Shown piece by piece: positions 53,802-63,083 of a DNA stretch of 63,083 nt. The DNA comes from a virus. Taxonomy: Duplodnaviria; Caudoviricetes. The translations under genes were made by a program, and so were the position numbers. Position 1 is the stretch's first letter. Every line of letters starts with the position of its first letter. A model generated the notes under the pieces. It saw nothing but the letters and a program-made list of their open reading frames with translations, was not told the DNA's origin and did no database searches. The stretch covers positions 1 to 63,083 of IMG/VR virus record IMGVR_UViG_3300024302_000009. The stretch is one strand, 5' to 3'.

Positions 53802-55859
53802 CTAGCTTAATGGTTCTTCTCCAGTATTACCAGAGAAGCTGTCTTCTCCGGGCATAGGAGCACCACCAGTGCCCATTGTGCCATCTCCGGTACCCGTGTC
53901 ACCCAAATTGAGTGAAGCGGCTCCCATGGCCTCTCCAGAGCCGCTGGTCTTCATCAGCTCAGCTTGGAATTGTGCCTTTGCCGGACCATTTACAAGCATC
54001 TCAGGGTCTAGGTCGAGTGTTTTGCCTAATTCTTCCAGAATGTACTCACCATTAGCCAGTGGAGCAGTAATAGGGTTGCTAAAGGCTGTCTGCATGAACT
54101 GGGTAAGGCGCTGACTACGTACTTCCTTCTGCATGATGGCTTCTGTGCCCAATGCTTTCACATCTAGGTCGCCAGTTACCCGCGCATCAGGGTTAAACTG
54201 CATATTCCAGTGGAACATAGCCTCACCGAGAGGCTTAAGCAGGTAATCGTCAAGGTTTTTAACCACAGTCTTGATATTCAGGGATGCAGCGCCCATAAGC
54301 ATCGACATACCAGAGGCTGTACGTGTAGTACCAGCTCCACCACTCGCTCCGTGGCTGTATGAAGGGATACCTGTGCTCTCATCAGCTAACTGACGGAACT
54401 TATCAAACATTTCCATGTTCTGTTGCGTCGTGTTAGGTATCTTAACCGCTGTAATAGCTGTACCAGCAGAGCCGCTTTGCCTACGGAACGTCTTTCCGGG
54501 GAACAAAGTCATATCTTGGCCTGAAACCAGTGAAGTTTCATCTACTTCCAAGATCACATGACCTGACAGAGCCAAGTTATCAATAGCCATACGCGCATGA
54601 CCATTCATAATCTGGGTGGCATCAGCCATATTCTCAGGAACACCCACACCAAACAGCTCATTAGGGTTCTTCTCATATGGAAACACATGAAAAGGAATGC
54701 GCTCTGGCTCAAATGGGTTGATTACAGCACGTAAAATCTCATTATTACAGACCCAGATGTTGATCTGGACCTCATTCATGACATCTACTTCTGATGGATC
54801 GACTTCCATACCAGCTTCAAGAGCCAGTTGGTGATCCATTACTCCCCAATACTCTAAAACTTCCCAACGGGTAGTGTCATCGTAGTTGTAGTCAGTATCT
54901 CGTACATCATCCTCATAACCTTCACTGTGGTAGTTAGGGCCAGCAGTGATGGAGTTACGAATACCATCCAAGTTAAAGAATGGGCGGTTAGCCAAACCAC
55001 GCATCTGGGAGCGATTGAGCTTGTGCCGTTGAATGGCGAACTCACACTCTTCGATAGTGGTAGCAGATGGATCAGGATAGAAGTCCCATACAGATACAAA
55101 CTCAATCCGTGGCACATTTACTGTAGTAGGATTGTATGTCTTACGGATGTCACTAGGATCATCCTTACTAATCTCGGTGTCCCATTTGTTCAGCGTCTTA
55201 TCGTAGCTGAAAGGACCCTTAATAATACCTGTACCATACAAAGCAGACTCAAGGATAGCTGAACGCAGCTCCCGTGAGGCATGAGATTCTGTAAGCTGGT
55301 CCCTGACAGTCTTTTCCATCTCTTCCGCAGCAAGCTGCGCAGGGGAGATAGTTACACCTTTAGGGTCAGGGTTCTGACCCATAACAAAGTCAGCACCTTT
55401 GAACTTGGCTTTCAGACCACCAACGATGGCATCAAATGCACTCTTATGTCCGTCTCCGGGATAACCTACAGCCAACTCTTTGGGGATGATAGGCTCTTCG
55501 GCATCCTCTTTAGGCCCTTTAAGGTGTGCCTTCTCGGCAATACCTGTAGGACGTTCAGTAGGACTAATCCCGATAGGGAACTTGTTACCAGAGAAGATGA
55601 CCTCAGTCAGTTGACCAAACGCAGCAAGGGTCTTGGTCTTTGCGATCTTTACAAAGACTTGTGACCTCTCTGTGTCCTTAAAGGTGACATTACCACTATA
55701 ACGGCCACGAAAGTCTTCGTATGCCTGATACAGTCGAATGTCTACAGAATTGCGTGCAGCTCTCGCCTCATAGAAGCGATCACGTACAAACGCAACGATA
55801 CCCGGAAATTCATCCTGAATATCTTCTAGGTCCTGTGCCTCTTGAGGATCATCCATCAT
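53802..55859 (-). CDS. Portal protein
   Basis: YGTGIIKGP, VWDFYPDP, FGVGVPE and RTASGMSMLM motifs. Confidence 0.9.
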   Translation of the reverse strand: MMDDPQEAQDLEDIQDEFPGIVAFVRDRFYEARAARNSVDIRLYQAYEDFRGRYSGNVTFKDTERSQVFVKIAKTKTLAAFGQLTEVIFSGNKFPIGISPTERPTGIAEKAHLKGPKEDAEEPIIPKELAVGYPGDGHKSAFDAIVGGLKAKFKGADFVMGQNPDPKGVTISPAQLAAEEMEKTVRDQLTESHASRELRSAILESALYGTGIIKGPFSYDKTLNKWDTEISKDDPSDIRKTYNPTTVNVPRIEFVSVWDFYPDPSATTIEECEFAIQRHKLNRSQMRGLANRPFFNLDGIRNSITAGPNYHSEGYEDDVRDTDYNYDDTTRWEVLEYWGVMDHQLALEAGMEVDPSEVDVMNEVQINIWVCNNEILRAVINPFEPERIPFHVFPYEKNPNELFGVGVPENMADATQIMNGHARMAIDNLALSGHVILEVDETSLVSGQDMTLFPGKTFRRQSGSAGTAITAVKIPNTTQQNMEMFDKFRQLADESTGIPSYSHGASGGAGTTRTASGMSMLMGAASLNIKTVVKNLDDYLLKPLGEAMFHWNMQFNPDARVTGDLDVKALGTEAIMQKEVRSQRLTQFMQTAFSNPITAPLANGEYILEELGKTLDLDPEMLVNGPAKAQFQAELMKTSGSGEAMGAASLNLGDTGTGDGTMGTGGAPMPGEDSFSGNTGEEPLS

Positions 55860-55864
55860 GTAAC

Positions 55865-56125
55865 TTAGTACTTACCTGATTTGCCGCAATTTTTAATAGC
55901 TGCTGTATCCGTCTGAGGACCAGTCATCTTGGTTTTAGAACCTTCTTGACCAGCGCCAGACTTCTTGGCATATTTACCAGTGCCGCCGCCAAAGTCATTG
56001 TTCTTTGTAGCATTAACTTTACCACCTGACATTTTACCGAAAGAAGTATTGGCTGTCATGTCGCTATTGAATGAGCCAGCCTTCTTGTAACCGGGAACAG
56101 GTGCTACGCTTGAGTAATTAGGCAT
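55865..56125 (-). CDS. Small Gly/Lys-rich protein
   Basis: 86 aa, AAGGA RBS. Confidence 0.6.
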   Translation of the reverse strand: MPNYSSVAPVPGYKKAGSFNSDMTANTSFGKMSGGKVNATKNNDFGGGTGKYAKKSGAGQEGSKTKMTGPQTDTAAIKNCGKSGKY

Positions 56126-56136
56126 TTGTTTTCCTT

Positions 56137-58884
56137 TTAATATCCAAACACAGGGTCTGCCATTTGTGGGGCATTCGCTGTGGAACTGAAGTATTCAGCT
56201 TCAACTATGTATCTTGCAGGTACTGCAAGTCGGCTAGTAACTCCGTAACGTAGAGCATCGTACAGGTGATCCTCTGGGAACTTGGTGTCTACATCTTCTG
56301 GGTTGTTCTTATCCAGAGGAAGCATTGGTAAGATACGAAGAAGATTATCACAAGCTGTGCTAATTCGTAATCTTGGTAACTCGGTTACTGGATCAATAGA
56401 GAACATCTTGTGGAGGGCCACTTTACCATTTACACGGCTGCCGGGACCCTTGTCAGCTTTAATCCACCTGACACCTAAATTGATCATCTCTTCAGCTATA
56501 GAAGGACCTCTCTGTCCTCTCATAGCCCATGTCTCATTATCCAAGATACCTAGTATGCCCGGAGGCTCTTCGGCTTCAATCTCATGGATTTTCTCTGCTA
56601 GAGCAACTCCATCCAGACCCTTCTGGTATAACTCTCTGTAAGCGTACACTGTACCATCGTAATCAACTGCAAACCAGATAACTGCGGCAGGAGCCGAATA
56701 ACCATAGTCACAAGCTCTAAACCTCGGCCAGTCCGCAGGAGGTACAAACTGTTCTACTGCGTGTATTGACTTATCGAACTCTGGAAAGGCACTGGAGTCT
56801 GATATGTCCCAGTCACCCTCTAAGAGCCTCTTACGCTGTACTGTGGACATAGACGCCAAGTTAGCCATGTACTCTGGAGACTGCATCAAGTAAGGGTTGT
56901 CAGTAAGCCTTGCAGGTATGAACCTGCGTCTGATAGCTTTCTTATTCCTTAGCTCTTCTGGTACAAACTCTGAGTCTGGGAACCTTAGTATCTCTCCCGT
57001 TTCAATGTCTCTGCCCCAGAAAGGCTCTCCCCAAGGAGCAGGATCAATGAACATCTTCTTAACCCACCATGCCCCAATCTGTCCGGGATTAGTGGTAGCA
57101 CGCATGTATGGTGTAATCTCTGGATCAGTAGTACGTAAACGAGAACGAAGTGTGTCCCATACGTAAGGTGTGGCAAACAGTGTTAACTCATCCACACCAA
57201 TCCAAGAGTACGATTGTCCAATGTAACGGCCTACGTCAGCATCTGCATCACAGAAACCAAACAGTAGAGTTGCACCTGATGGGAACTTCCATCTGTTTTC
57301 CCCTTTGTTATACTTAGCGCCGGGGAAGGCTTTAGGGTACAGCTCCATGGACAGATCAATCAGTTCCATAAGCTCAGGCATTGACTTACGAATAAGTAGC
57401 GCCCTGTGTGCTGGCCTGTGCATGTACCTCAGAGGGTCCATGAGCATCCCGTAGGAATTATGCGTTACTATATAATTGTCCGTTATATATAATCCATCTT
57501 CTGATGCTAGTGTGACACATTTAGCCTCTTCACGGTGACTATAACTTATAGAAACTATTCTGTTTTTTAAGTGTTTCTTTACTTTACACCTTGCCTTCTT
57601 CCTACTTAAATTAAATATGGAAGCAGCGTCTCTAAGCCGTATGTAAACAGTGTACGCTGTGTACCCTTCGTGAACTACGTTACCACATCTATAATGAGTA
57701 CTCTTCCACGTTATAGTAGCTGTTCCCCCTAAACCTCTAACTAGCTCTGCTACGTCTTCAGCCAGTGTAAAGCTTATTGAGGTGTAATACACCTTACTAT
57801 CTTTGGATGCGTAGCCATCTGTATCCATAAGCCCTTGTAATAAACATATTCTATCTTGTGTATTCGCTTTTTTATAGTTTTCAGGTATAAACTTTGTTAG
57901 AGAATTTGTACCTAGTAGCTTTAAATCCCGCAGAGCTTGTGTCTGTCCTAGCACACCCCACGCGTATTTACTTGATCTCTTAGTGACTACTACACCATCT
58001 TGGCGTATGCGATTTACAATCTCTTCATCAGCAGAGCTTAAACCTACAGAGTCTGTAGTTATACTGCCATCTCCGAGTAATGCACCTAATGTGTAAGGTG
58101 GCACTACAAGATTTGTAGACACTCCAAAATCAAACTGCTGTATTAAAGGAACTAACGCCCAGCGCGGTCGTTTTTTACTGTACTGCTTATCTGTATAATC
58201 TTGTAAACTTTTAGTGTCTCTAACCTTAGGTAATATAGAACTACTATTACCCGCAATAGTGTACTCCCACAAATGATCTCCTGTACATTCTACATTGGAG
58301 CCATCTTGAAATGTTACAAGATATATGTCTTGTGTTCCTTGTGGGTGTTCTTGTACAACCTTAGTGGTAGTTCCGTCTGGAGAATATACAATATCTCCTA
58401 CTCCCACCTCACCTATAGTTTTAAACCCTTCAGGAGTAAGTATTTTTGCGGATAATGGCTGTGCCTTGCCGCCACCAGCACTGCCTCCGTAGAGTATCTC
58501 TTTCTCAGGGGCAGCTAGGAAGTCTGTTTGAGGTCCCGGATTGGGTTGGAAGATGACTGTTCGGCCATCATCTAAAACATTCTGGAACGTCTGTCCTGCC
58601 GTGTCGATTGTGTCTTGGGTGATAACCTTTCCCTTTTTCTTAGGGGGATTGGTCATCACCCGGACAATCTCATTAGCAGCTTTAGCCTTGGCTTTTGCGG
58701 CTACCGCATTTTCCTCGGCCTTATCCTCTGCCTTTTGCTTACGTCTGGCTTTGGCTTCTTTTGCCCTGTGTGCCTTAGTGAGCTTAGCGTTTCTCTCTTT
58801 CTCAAGCTGCCTAGCTTTACGCTTGGCCTTTTCTGTTGAGGAGAGCTGATATCTACGCTTTGGCTTTGGAGTCTCGTCAGTCAT
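56137..58884 (-). CDS. terL: Terminase large subunit containing an intein
   Basis: PNPGPQ, YGGSAGGGK|S Walker A, IGVDEL Walker B, ATTNPG, DYGY and DHLYDALRY motifs. Confidence 0.93.
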   Translation of the reverse strand: MTDETPKPKRRYQLSSTEKAKRKARQLEKERNAKLTKAHRAKEAKARRKQKAEDKAEENAVAAKAKAKAANEIVRVMTNPPKKKGKVITQDTIDTAGQTFQNVLDDGRTVIFQPNPGPQTDFLAAPEKEILYGGSAGGGKAQPLSAKILTPEGFKTIGEVGVGDIVYSPDGTTTKVVQEHPQGTQDIYLVTFQDGSNVECTGDHLWEYTIAGNSSSILPKVRDTKSLQDYTDKQYSKKRPRWALVPLIQQFDFGVSTNLVVPPYTLGALLGDGSITTDSVGLSSADEEIVNRIRQDGVVVTKRSSKYAWGVLGQTQALRDLKLLGTNSLTKFIPENYKKANTQDRICLLQGLMDTDGYASKDSKVYYTSISFTLAEDVAELVRGLGGTATITWKSTHYRCGNVVHEGYTAYTVYIRLRDAASIFNLSRKKARCKVKKHLKNRIVSISYSHREEAKCVTLASEDGLYITDNYIVTHNSYGMLMDPLRYMHRPAHRALLIRKSMPELMELIDLSMELYPKAFPGAKYNKGENRWKFPSGATLLFGFCDADADVGRYIGQSYSWIGVDELTLFATPYVWDTLRSRLRTTDPEITPYMRATTNPGQIGAWWVKKMFIDPAPWGEPFWGRDIETGEILRFPDSEFVPEELRNKKAIRRRFIPARLTDNPYLMQSPEYMANLASMSTVQRKRLLEGDWDISDSSAFPEFDKSIHAVEQFVPPADWPRFRACDYGYSAPAAVIWFAVDYDGTVYAYRELYQKGLDGVALAEKIHEIEAEEPPGILGILDNETWAMRGQRGPSIAEEMINLGVRWIKADKGPGSRVNGKVALHKMFSIDPVTELPRLRISTACDNLLRILPMLPLDKNNPEDVDTKFPEDHLYDALRYGVTSRLAVPARYIVEAEYFSSTANAPQMADPVFGY
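57457..58464 (-). mobile_element. Class 3 intein with LAGLIDADG homing endonuclease (336 aa) in the TerL Walker A
   Basis: Starts AQPL and ends VTHN before Ser+1. TGDHLW (block B), KCVT (block F), LGALLGDGS and LQGLMDTDG. Confidence 0.9.
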
Positions 58885-58891
58885 TGACTAC

Positions 58892-59428
58892 TTATGCAGC
58901 AGAACTAATTGGAGTAGCTTCAGAACCACCACTCTGCGTGATGTTGCCTTCAAGCATCCACCGATCAGTAGCTACATCAGTGACCCTAACCCAGTCATAG
59001 ATTTTACCACCAGTAGCAACACCATTCAAGGTAATTGTATCTGATGTGCCAGTTGTAGCAACCCAAGAGTATGTACCAGCCGCGTCAGTATCAGAACCCA
59101 TAATGAAACCAGCAAAACCAGCGTTGGTCGTGTCAGCAGTTACGATGGTCACAGCAGTAGCTGCGATACCCATCATGACTGTGTAGCTGTCGCCTGTACC
59201 AGTAGCTTCAGGCAGAGTAACAGCCAACGAAGCGTCCAGAGATACACAGATGCGATTAGCATGTGTAGCTTGGGTCAGGGACAGGGTGTTTGTGGCGTCT
59301 GCAATAGAGATCAGCCGTGTAGAAACATCAGCAGCATTGTTGATCTCAGCATTAGTGGCAGTAAGCAGTGTGCCAGCGGAGTCCGGGTTACGGACTACAT
59401 CATTCATATTCACGTTACGTGTACCCAT
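58892..59428 (-). CDS. Putative structural protein
   Basis: 178 aa, Thr/Ala-rich, VTLPEATGTG. Confidence 0.65.
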   Translation of the reverse strand: MGTRNVNMNDVVRNPDSAGTLLTATNAEINNAADVSTRLISIADATNTLSLTQATHANRICVSLDASLAVTLPEATGTGDSYTVMMGIAATAVTIVTADTTNAGFAGFIMGSDTDAAGTYSWVATTGTSDTITLNGVATGGKIYDWVRVTDVATDRWMLEGNITQSGGSEATPISSAA

Positions 59429-59429
59429 C

Positions 59430-59678
59430 TTATTTTCCTTTGGTTTTCAGTATTTGTTTGAGTGCATCTTTGATCCACTCTTGATTTGTCTCGATAGTGC
59501 CTAGACGTTCCTTTACAGACTCATTCTTTTGTATCCATAAGGCATTTGCAGAAACCTGAGAGTTCAATGTTCCTGCGGAAAATCCAAACACTAGAGTTTG
59601 GAATATAATGGCACCCACTATAGAGACGTTAAAGGTCTTGCTTAAGTGCCAGCTTGAATTGTTTGTGTCGTCGCCCAT
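59430..59678 (-). CDS. Small single-TM coiled-coil protein (holin-like candidate)
   Basis: WHLSK..TM..coiled coil. Start MGDD after GAGGGA. Confidence 0.5.
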   Translation of the reverse strand: MGDDTNNSSWHLSKTFNVSIVGAIIFQTLVFGFSAGTLNSQVSANALWIQKNESVKERLGTIETNQEWIKDALKQILKTKGK

Positions 59679-59679
59679 C

Positions 59680-59916
59680 TTAGTAGTCCCTCTCAAGGAT
59701 TTTCTGCATTCCTCTTAGGGATAACTTCTTCCCTGTGCGCTCTTCTATAATCTTAATAGACTTACGAATGCTGGAGTTTTCTTGAATTTCCCTTACATAA
59801 TTAAGGGCCTCAATTTCTTCTTGTTTTTCTATCAGAAGACTTCTGTTTTCTGGATGCTCCTGATAACCAAAAGGTATACGGGAGGACGCTCTTATTCTAG
59901 TCTTCACGTACCGCAT
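59680..59916 (-). CDS. Small DNA-binding protein (IPFGY + HTH-like)
   Basis: SSRIPFGY...SIRK...GKKLSLRGMQK. Confidence 0.6.
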   Translation of the reverse strand: MRYVKTRIRASSRIPFGYQEHPENRSLLIEKQEEIEALNYVREIQENSSIRKSIKIIEERTGKKLSLRGMQKILERDY

Positions 59917-60295
59917 CCTTCTTGGGAAGGATAAAAATACCACCATCAGATACGACATCAACTTGTACTTTGTCTGTACGAGAGATACCGATACGATCTA
60001 GAACTTGGTTGCCAGCCTTCATCTTAAGGTCAGCACCCTTAACATCTACGTTAGGGTCTTCAGAGTTCAGGATGTCCTCAAACGTAGCAGCCGCCCTCAT
60101 CCCCGTGAGTAGCAGCTTGTCTTCAATCTTATCCAGCCAGAAGTTCTTGTACTTGCGTACTAGTACATGAGCATACTGGTTGCTGTAATCTGCGGCTTCC
60201 CTAGCCTTGGCTAGATTACCTTTGGAGTCTACAAGGACCTTAAAGAAAAGGATTTGGCGCTCTTCTTGAGGCTCATCGCGTTTAGTGTTTGCCAT
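59897..60295 (-). CDS. Putative terminase small subunit
   Basis: GNLAKAREAADYS, VLDRIG and GIFILPKK motifs; upstream of TerL. Confidence 0.65.
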   Translation of the reverse strand: MANTKRDEPQEERQILFFKVLVDSKGNLAKAREAADYSNQYAHVLVRKYKNFWLDKIEDKLLLTGMRAAATFEDILNSEDPNVDVKGADLKMKAGNQVLDRIGISRTDKVQVDVVSDGGIFILPKKDAVRED

Positions 60296-60296
60296 C

Positions 60297-60632
60297 TTAG
60301 CCCCTCTTCCGTCCTGCTGACTTGTTTCTTGGAAAGCTGCTATTCTTGGAGGCGGACTGCACACCAAGGTTACTGCGCTTATCGTTCTTAGGAGTTCCCT
60401 TTTTATTGTTCTTGTGGATAACGTGCTTGCCGTCACCCTTTTTAACTTTGCCTTCTTTTTCTAACTTGTAGCGTGCTCGGTTGCTTGCGTTACGATTTTT
60501 CTTGGTGGACTCTTTACCGTCGTACTTGCGCTCTTTCTTGTAGTCCCTGCCTGTAGCCTTTGTGGTGCCCTTCTTGGCTCCCGGCTTGGCCTTAGGGCCA
60601 CTCTGTTTTTTCTTTTTAACTGGTTTTTTCAT
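60297..60632 (-). CDS. Basic HNH-like protein with degenerate active-site motif
   Basis: RDYKKE...RNRAR...GDGKHVIH...SNL...SKNSS. Confidence 0.6.
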   Translation of the reverse strand: MKKPVKKKKQSGPKAKPGAKKGTTKATGRDYKKERKYDGKESTKKNRNASNRARYKLEKEGKVKKGDGKHVIHKNNKKGTPKNDKRSNLGVQSASKNSSFPRNKSAGRKRG

Positions 60633-61702
60633 TAGAAGTACTTATCACTCCCCCTGATAATAGCGTTAAATAGTAGTAGTCCTGAAAGATCATCTGCTAT
60701 AGTGAGAGAGATGTAGTTGTCATCAGGGTTCCCACTTATAATTACAGGGGATTGAAAATTCACCTCTATATTAATGTAAGTGTTAGTCCCATCGCTTATT
60801 GGGTTTGTAACATTTCCAAACCTTAAAAAATCCGATAGTTGGCGCAAGGGGGTGGAGAAATCAACTTGCCCATCAATTACACGTTTGAATGTTATACCAT
60901 TAGCTAAAGCAGACACACCCAGTATGGTGTTATACGACAGTCCCGGAACAGTACCATTAGTGACTACACTTGTAACATTGTCTGCTATTAGAAATTTAAT
61001 CTGGTCAGCGTAGTAATCGTAACTTGTATCCTTGGTAATCTTAAACTCTAAAGGGTCACCTGTCTCTTCTAACTGTATATCATCAAATACCACAGTAGGC
61101 TTAGCTCCCCCAAGCCGAGTCATAATTATACTAAAGCCGTCTACATCATCACTGGCAAAGAAAAATGCAGACAAAGGAATAGCAAATGTCTGTGCGGAGC
61201 CTATAAGGGAAGCATCCACATACGACTCTAAATCTACGTCTACTCCTACCTGTGTACCCGCATTATCAAATCGTATAGTCATGCCATTGTTGGCTTGGTT
61301 GTACGTAGTCAGGTTTACTTCACCCGTCAATGCCGTATAGCCTGAGGTGTCAATTGTAGTGGGTGACTCCTCAGCGAATGTAGCCTCATCTAAATCGTTA
61401 GCTGAGGTTATACTAATCTTACCTGCATCTGCAAAGTTCCAAGTACCCGCTACTGCGCTCCCTGTCCACTCAGTAGAGGTACCACCATTATGAATAATCT
61501 CAGGAGTACCACCAAAAGACACATTCTGTGCCATGTCGATACCGTGGGTATCGTTGATAAAAAACAAAGGACTGGGGTTAAACAACTCATCAGGGCGCGT
61601 GAAGGTTACTAGGCCATTGTGCCCACCATTTCTGTGGACATCTACTCTGCGCTCAGACTTGTTGCCGTCTGGTCCCTGTAGTCCGAATGCTACGTCTGCC
61701 AT
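60632..61702 (-). CDS. Beta-rich putative virion protein with carbohydrate-binding-like domain
   Basis: 356 aa, TFAIPLSAF..VVFDDIQL pattern. Confidence 0.6.
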   Translation of the reverse strand: MADVAFGLQGPDGNKSERRVDVHRNGGHNGLVTFTRPDELFNPSPLFFINDTHGIDMAQNVSFGGTPEIIHNGGTSTEWTGSAVAGTWNFADAGKISITSANDLDEATFAEESPTTIDTSGYTALTGEVNLTTYNQANNGMTIRFDNAGTQVGVDVDLESYVDASLIGSAQTFAIPLSAFFFASDDVDGFSIIMTRLGGAKPTVVFDDIQLEETGDPLEFKITKDTSYDYYADQIKFLIADNVTSVVTNGTVPGLSYNTILGVSALANGITFKRVIDGQVDFSTPLRQLSDFLRFGNVTNPISDGTNTYINIEVNFQSPVIISGNPDDNYISLTIADDLSGLLLFNAIIRGSDKYF

Positions 61703-61707
61703 TTAGG

Positions 61708-62259
61708 TTACTCGTAGAATGCGAAGATAACACCTTCAACAATACCTGCTGAAGCAGTCTTATCAACTTCCAAGGCCATAGCTTGACCGGGACCTAAGCG
61801 AAGACGATCCTTAAGGCGAATTTCTTCGTGACCCGCAGCAGGGCATTGCACCTGATCAACTACAACTACAGATGTCAAGCCTGTAATAGAGTCATCCCCC
61901 CGGCATGTGGCCTGTGCTACTTTAGGCACAGCACGATTGAGACATGCAGCAGTTAGAGCAGAGCCAGCAGCGGCAGTGCCTGTTACTACATGTACTTTCA
62001 AAGTAGATAGCTGCACACAGTTGACACCAATAGCCTCTACGACTAGGTGCTTATCCGTATGGTCATTCTTCCAGTAAACTACATAAGTACCAGCAGCGCC
62101 TGTGGTGTCATCAAATACTAGGGAGTAGGCCTCAGAGTCATCGCGGGAAACGTAATACGAACGCTCATCAGAACGCGACGACACATTCATACGGCCATCG
62201 GAACCCTGAATACGTTGCTCAGAACCCGTAACGTCACTAGGTACAAAAATTTGTGTCAT
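61708..62259 (-). CDS. Putative structural protein
   Basis: 183 aa, beta-rich. Confidence 0.65.
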   Translation of the reverse strand: MTQIFVPSDVTGSEQRIQGSDGRMNVSSRSDERSYYVSRDDSEAYSLVFDDTTGAAGTYVVYWKNDHTDKHLVVEAIGVNCVQLSTLKVHVVTGTAAAGSALTAACLNRAVPKVAQATCRGDDSITGLTSVVVVDQVQCPAAGHEEIRLKDRLRLGPGQAMALEVDKTASAGIVEGVIFAFYE

Positions 62260-62486
62260 TGTGAACTGCTTTCTTGTTGTATTTCATCTATGGTTTTGGT
62301 GTCTCCTGTGAGTACACCTAGCCTGTACGAGATGAGTTGTAATTCTAAAAGTATCAAATTGTTTAGCCCGTGCTGATTACGGGTCTGTTGTTGTATTAGT
62401 GTTAACAGGTCTTCTGTATCAGTGTCACCAAATACTTTGGTTGATCCTGCTACGCCAGCTAAAGAACCTTTACCATGATTATTCAT
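62256..62486 (-). CDS. Small hypothetical protein
   Basis: 76 aa, coupled. Its 5' end is repeated at window positions 1-73. Confidence 0.6.
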   Translation of the reverse strand: MNNHGKGSLAGVAGSTKVFGDTDTEDLLTLIQQQTRNQHGLNNLILLELQLISYRLGVLTGDTKTIDEIQQESSSQ

Positions 62487-63083
62487 CTGAGATTTGTCAT
62501 CCCATTAGTGTTGACCGGCATTCGACAAACATAACCTGACAGATTAATCGAGCTACTCCCGTATGCTCTTACTATCAGGTTGTTGTTCAAAAGCAGACCC
62601 GGTACAATGAGTACCAAACCTGCGTCGGGGGCTAAAGTATAGGGCAGCAAATCATCTGGGTTTGTAGTGCCGCCAAATTCTATTGTTACAGATTGATCTT
62701 GGTTACTGGTGTTAATAGCGTAGATAAAGATTTGATCATGAACGTCTTGTGTGCCAGCTACAGAGGGTGTCTGGTGTATCAGCGTACCCGGAGTACTGGC
62801 AGCAGCAACATTGATAGGTCGCCCATTCGTACTGCCGCTAAGCAGCTTTGTGTAGGACAACTCTGACATGACTTAAGCTACAAAACGGCAGTGTACGTTA
62901 AAGGTAGATGCAGTTGTGTATGTGCCTGTGCTGGTTACCTTGACACGAATTTTAGAACCAATCCAACCATCAATGTCAGTATTGTCTGCCAGAGCACCAT
63001 CAGTAGGTGTAGCGTGCGTATGTGCTAGTGCACCTTGCACAGCAGACACTTTACGCAAAGAGGACGTAGTGGCATTGAATGCT
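62414..63083. repeat. Imperfect terminal direct repeat, right copy
   Basis: Matches 1-670 without gaps. Confidence 0.95.
62483..62869 (-). CDS. Hypothetical protein (allele B of 70-456)
   Basis: Same length as the left copy, 25 aa differences. Confidence 0.8.
   Translation of the reverse strand: MSELSYTKLLSGSTNGRPINVAAASTPGTLIHQTPSVAGTQDVHDQIFIYAINTSNQDQSVTIEFGGTTNPDDLLPYTLAPDAGLVLIVPGLLLNNNLIVRAYGSSSINLSGYVCRMPVNTNGMTNLR

Overview
The window is an essentially complete, circularly permuted ~62.4 kb podovirus-like phage genome. Bases 1-670 recur, imperfectly, at 62414-63083. A family A DNA polymerase with a DnaJ-type Zn-finger insert, plus the primase/helicase/SSB/exonuclease set and the structural gene order, resembles HMO-2011-type marine phages of Alphaproteobacteria (family-level inference, no database search). 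The + strand (4.2-34 kb) carries early and replication genes. The - strand (34-63 kb and 0-2.5 kb) carries packaging and virion genes: an intein-containing TerL, portal, scaffold, MCP, tail, tail fiber, internal proteins, a class 3 lipase and a polyvalent LPD23/lysozyme-like protein. The strongest candidate novel system lies at ~8.3-17.1 kb and has four parts. (1) Four tandem tRNA-Glu-like RNAs with intact acceptor, D and T arms and encoded CCA, but no canonical anticodon arm. (2) A glutamyl-tRNA synthetase lacking its anticodon-binding domain. (3) An M28/M20-type peptidase next to an unknown Cys-rich 553-aa protein. (4) Eight divergent SH3/KOW-like small proteins sharing the C-terminal tail (T/S)(P/A)R(Q/E)KIE(A/R)MLxx. 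Together these suggest a non-translational glutamyl-carrier or tRNA-decoy system. Other unexplained structure includes two promoter families with conserved spacers, a cluster of IHF-consensus sites, a TACGGTC motif cluster near the likely genome end, and tandem covarying hairpins upstream of the scaffold gene.
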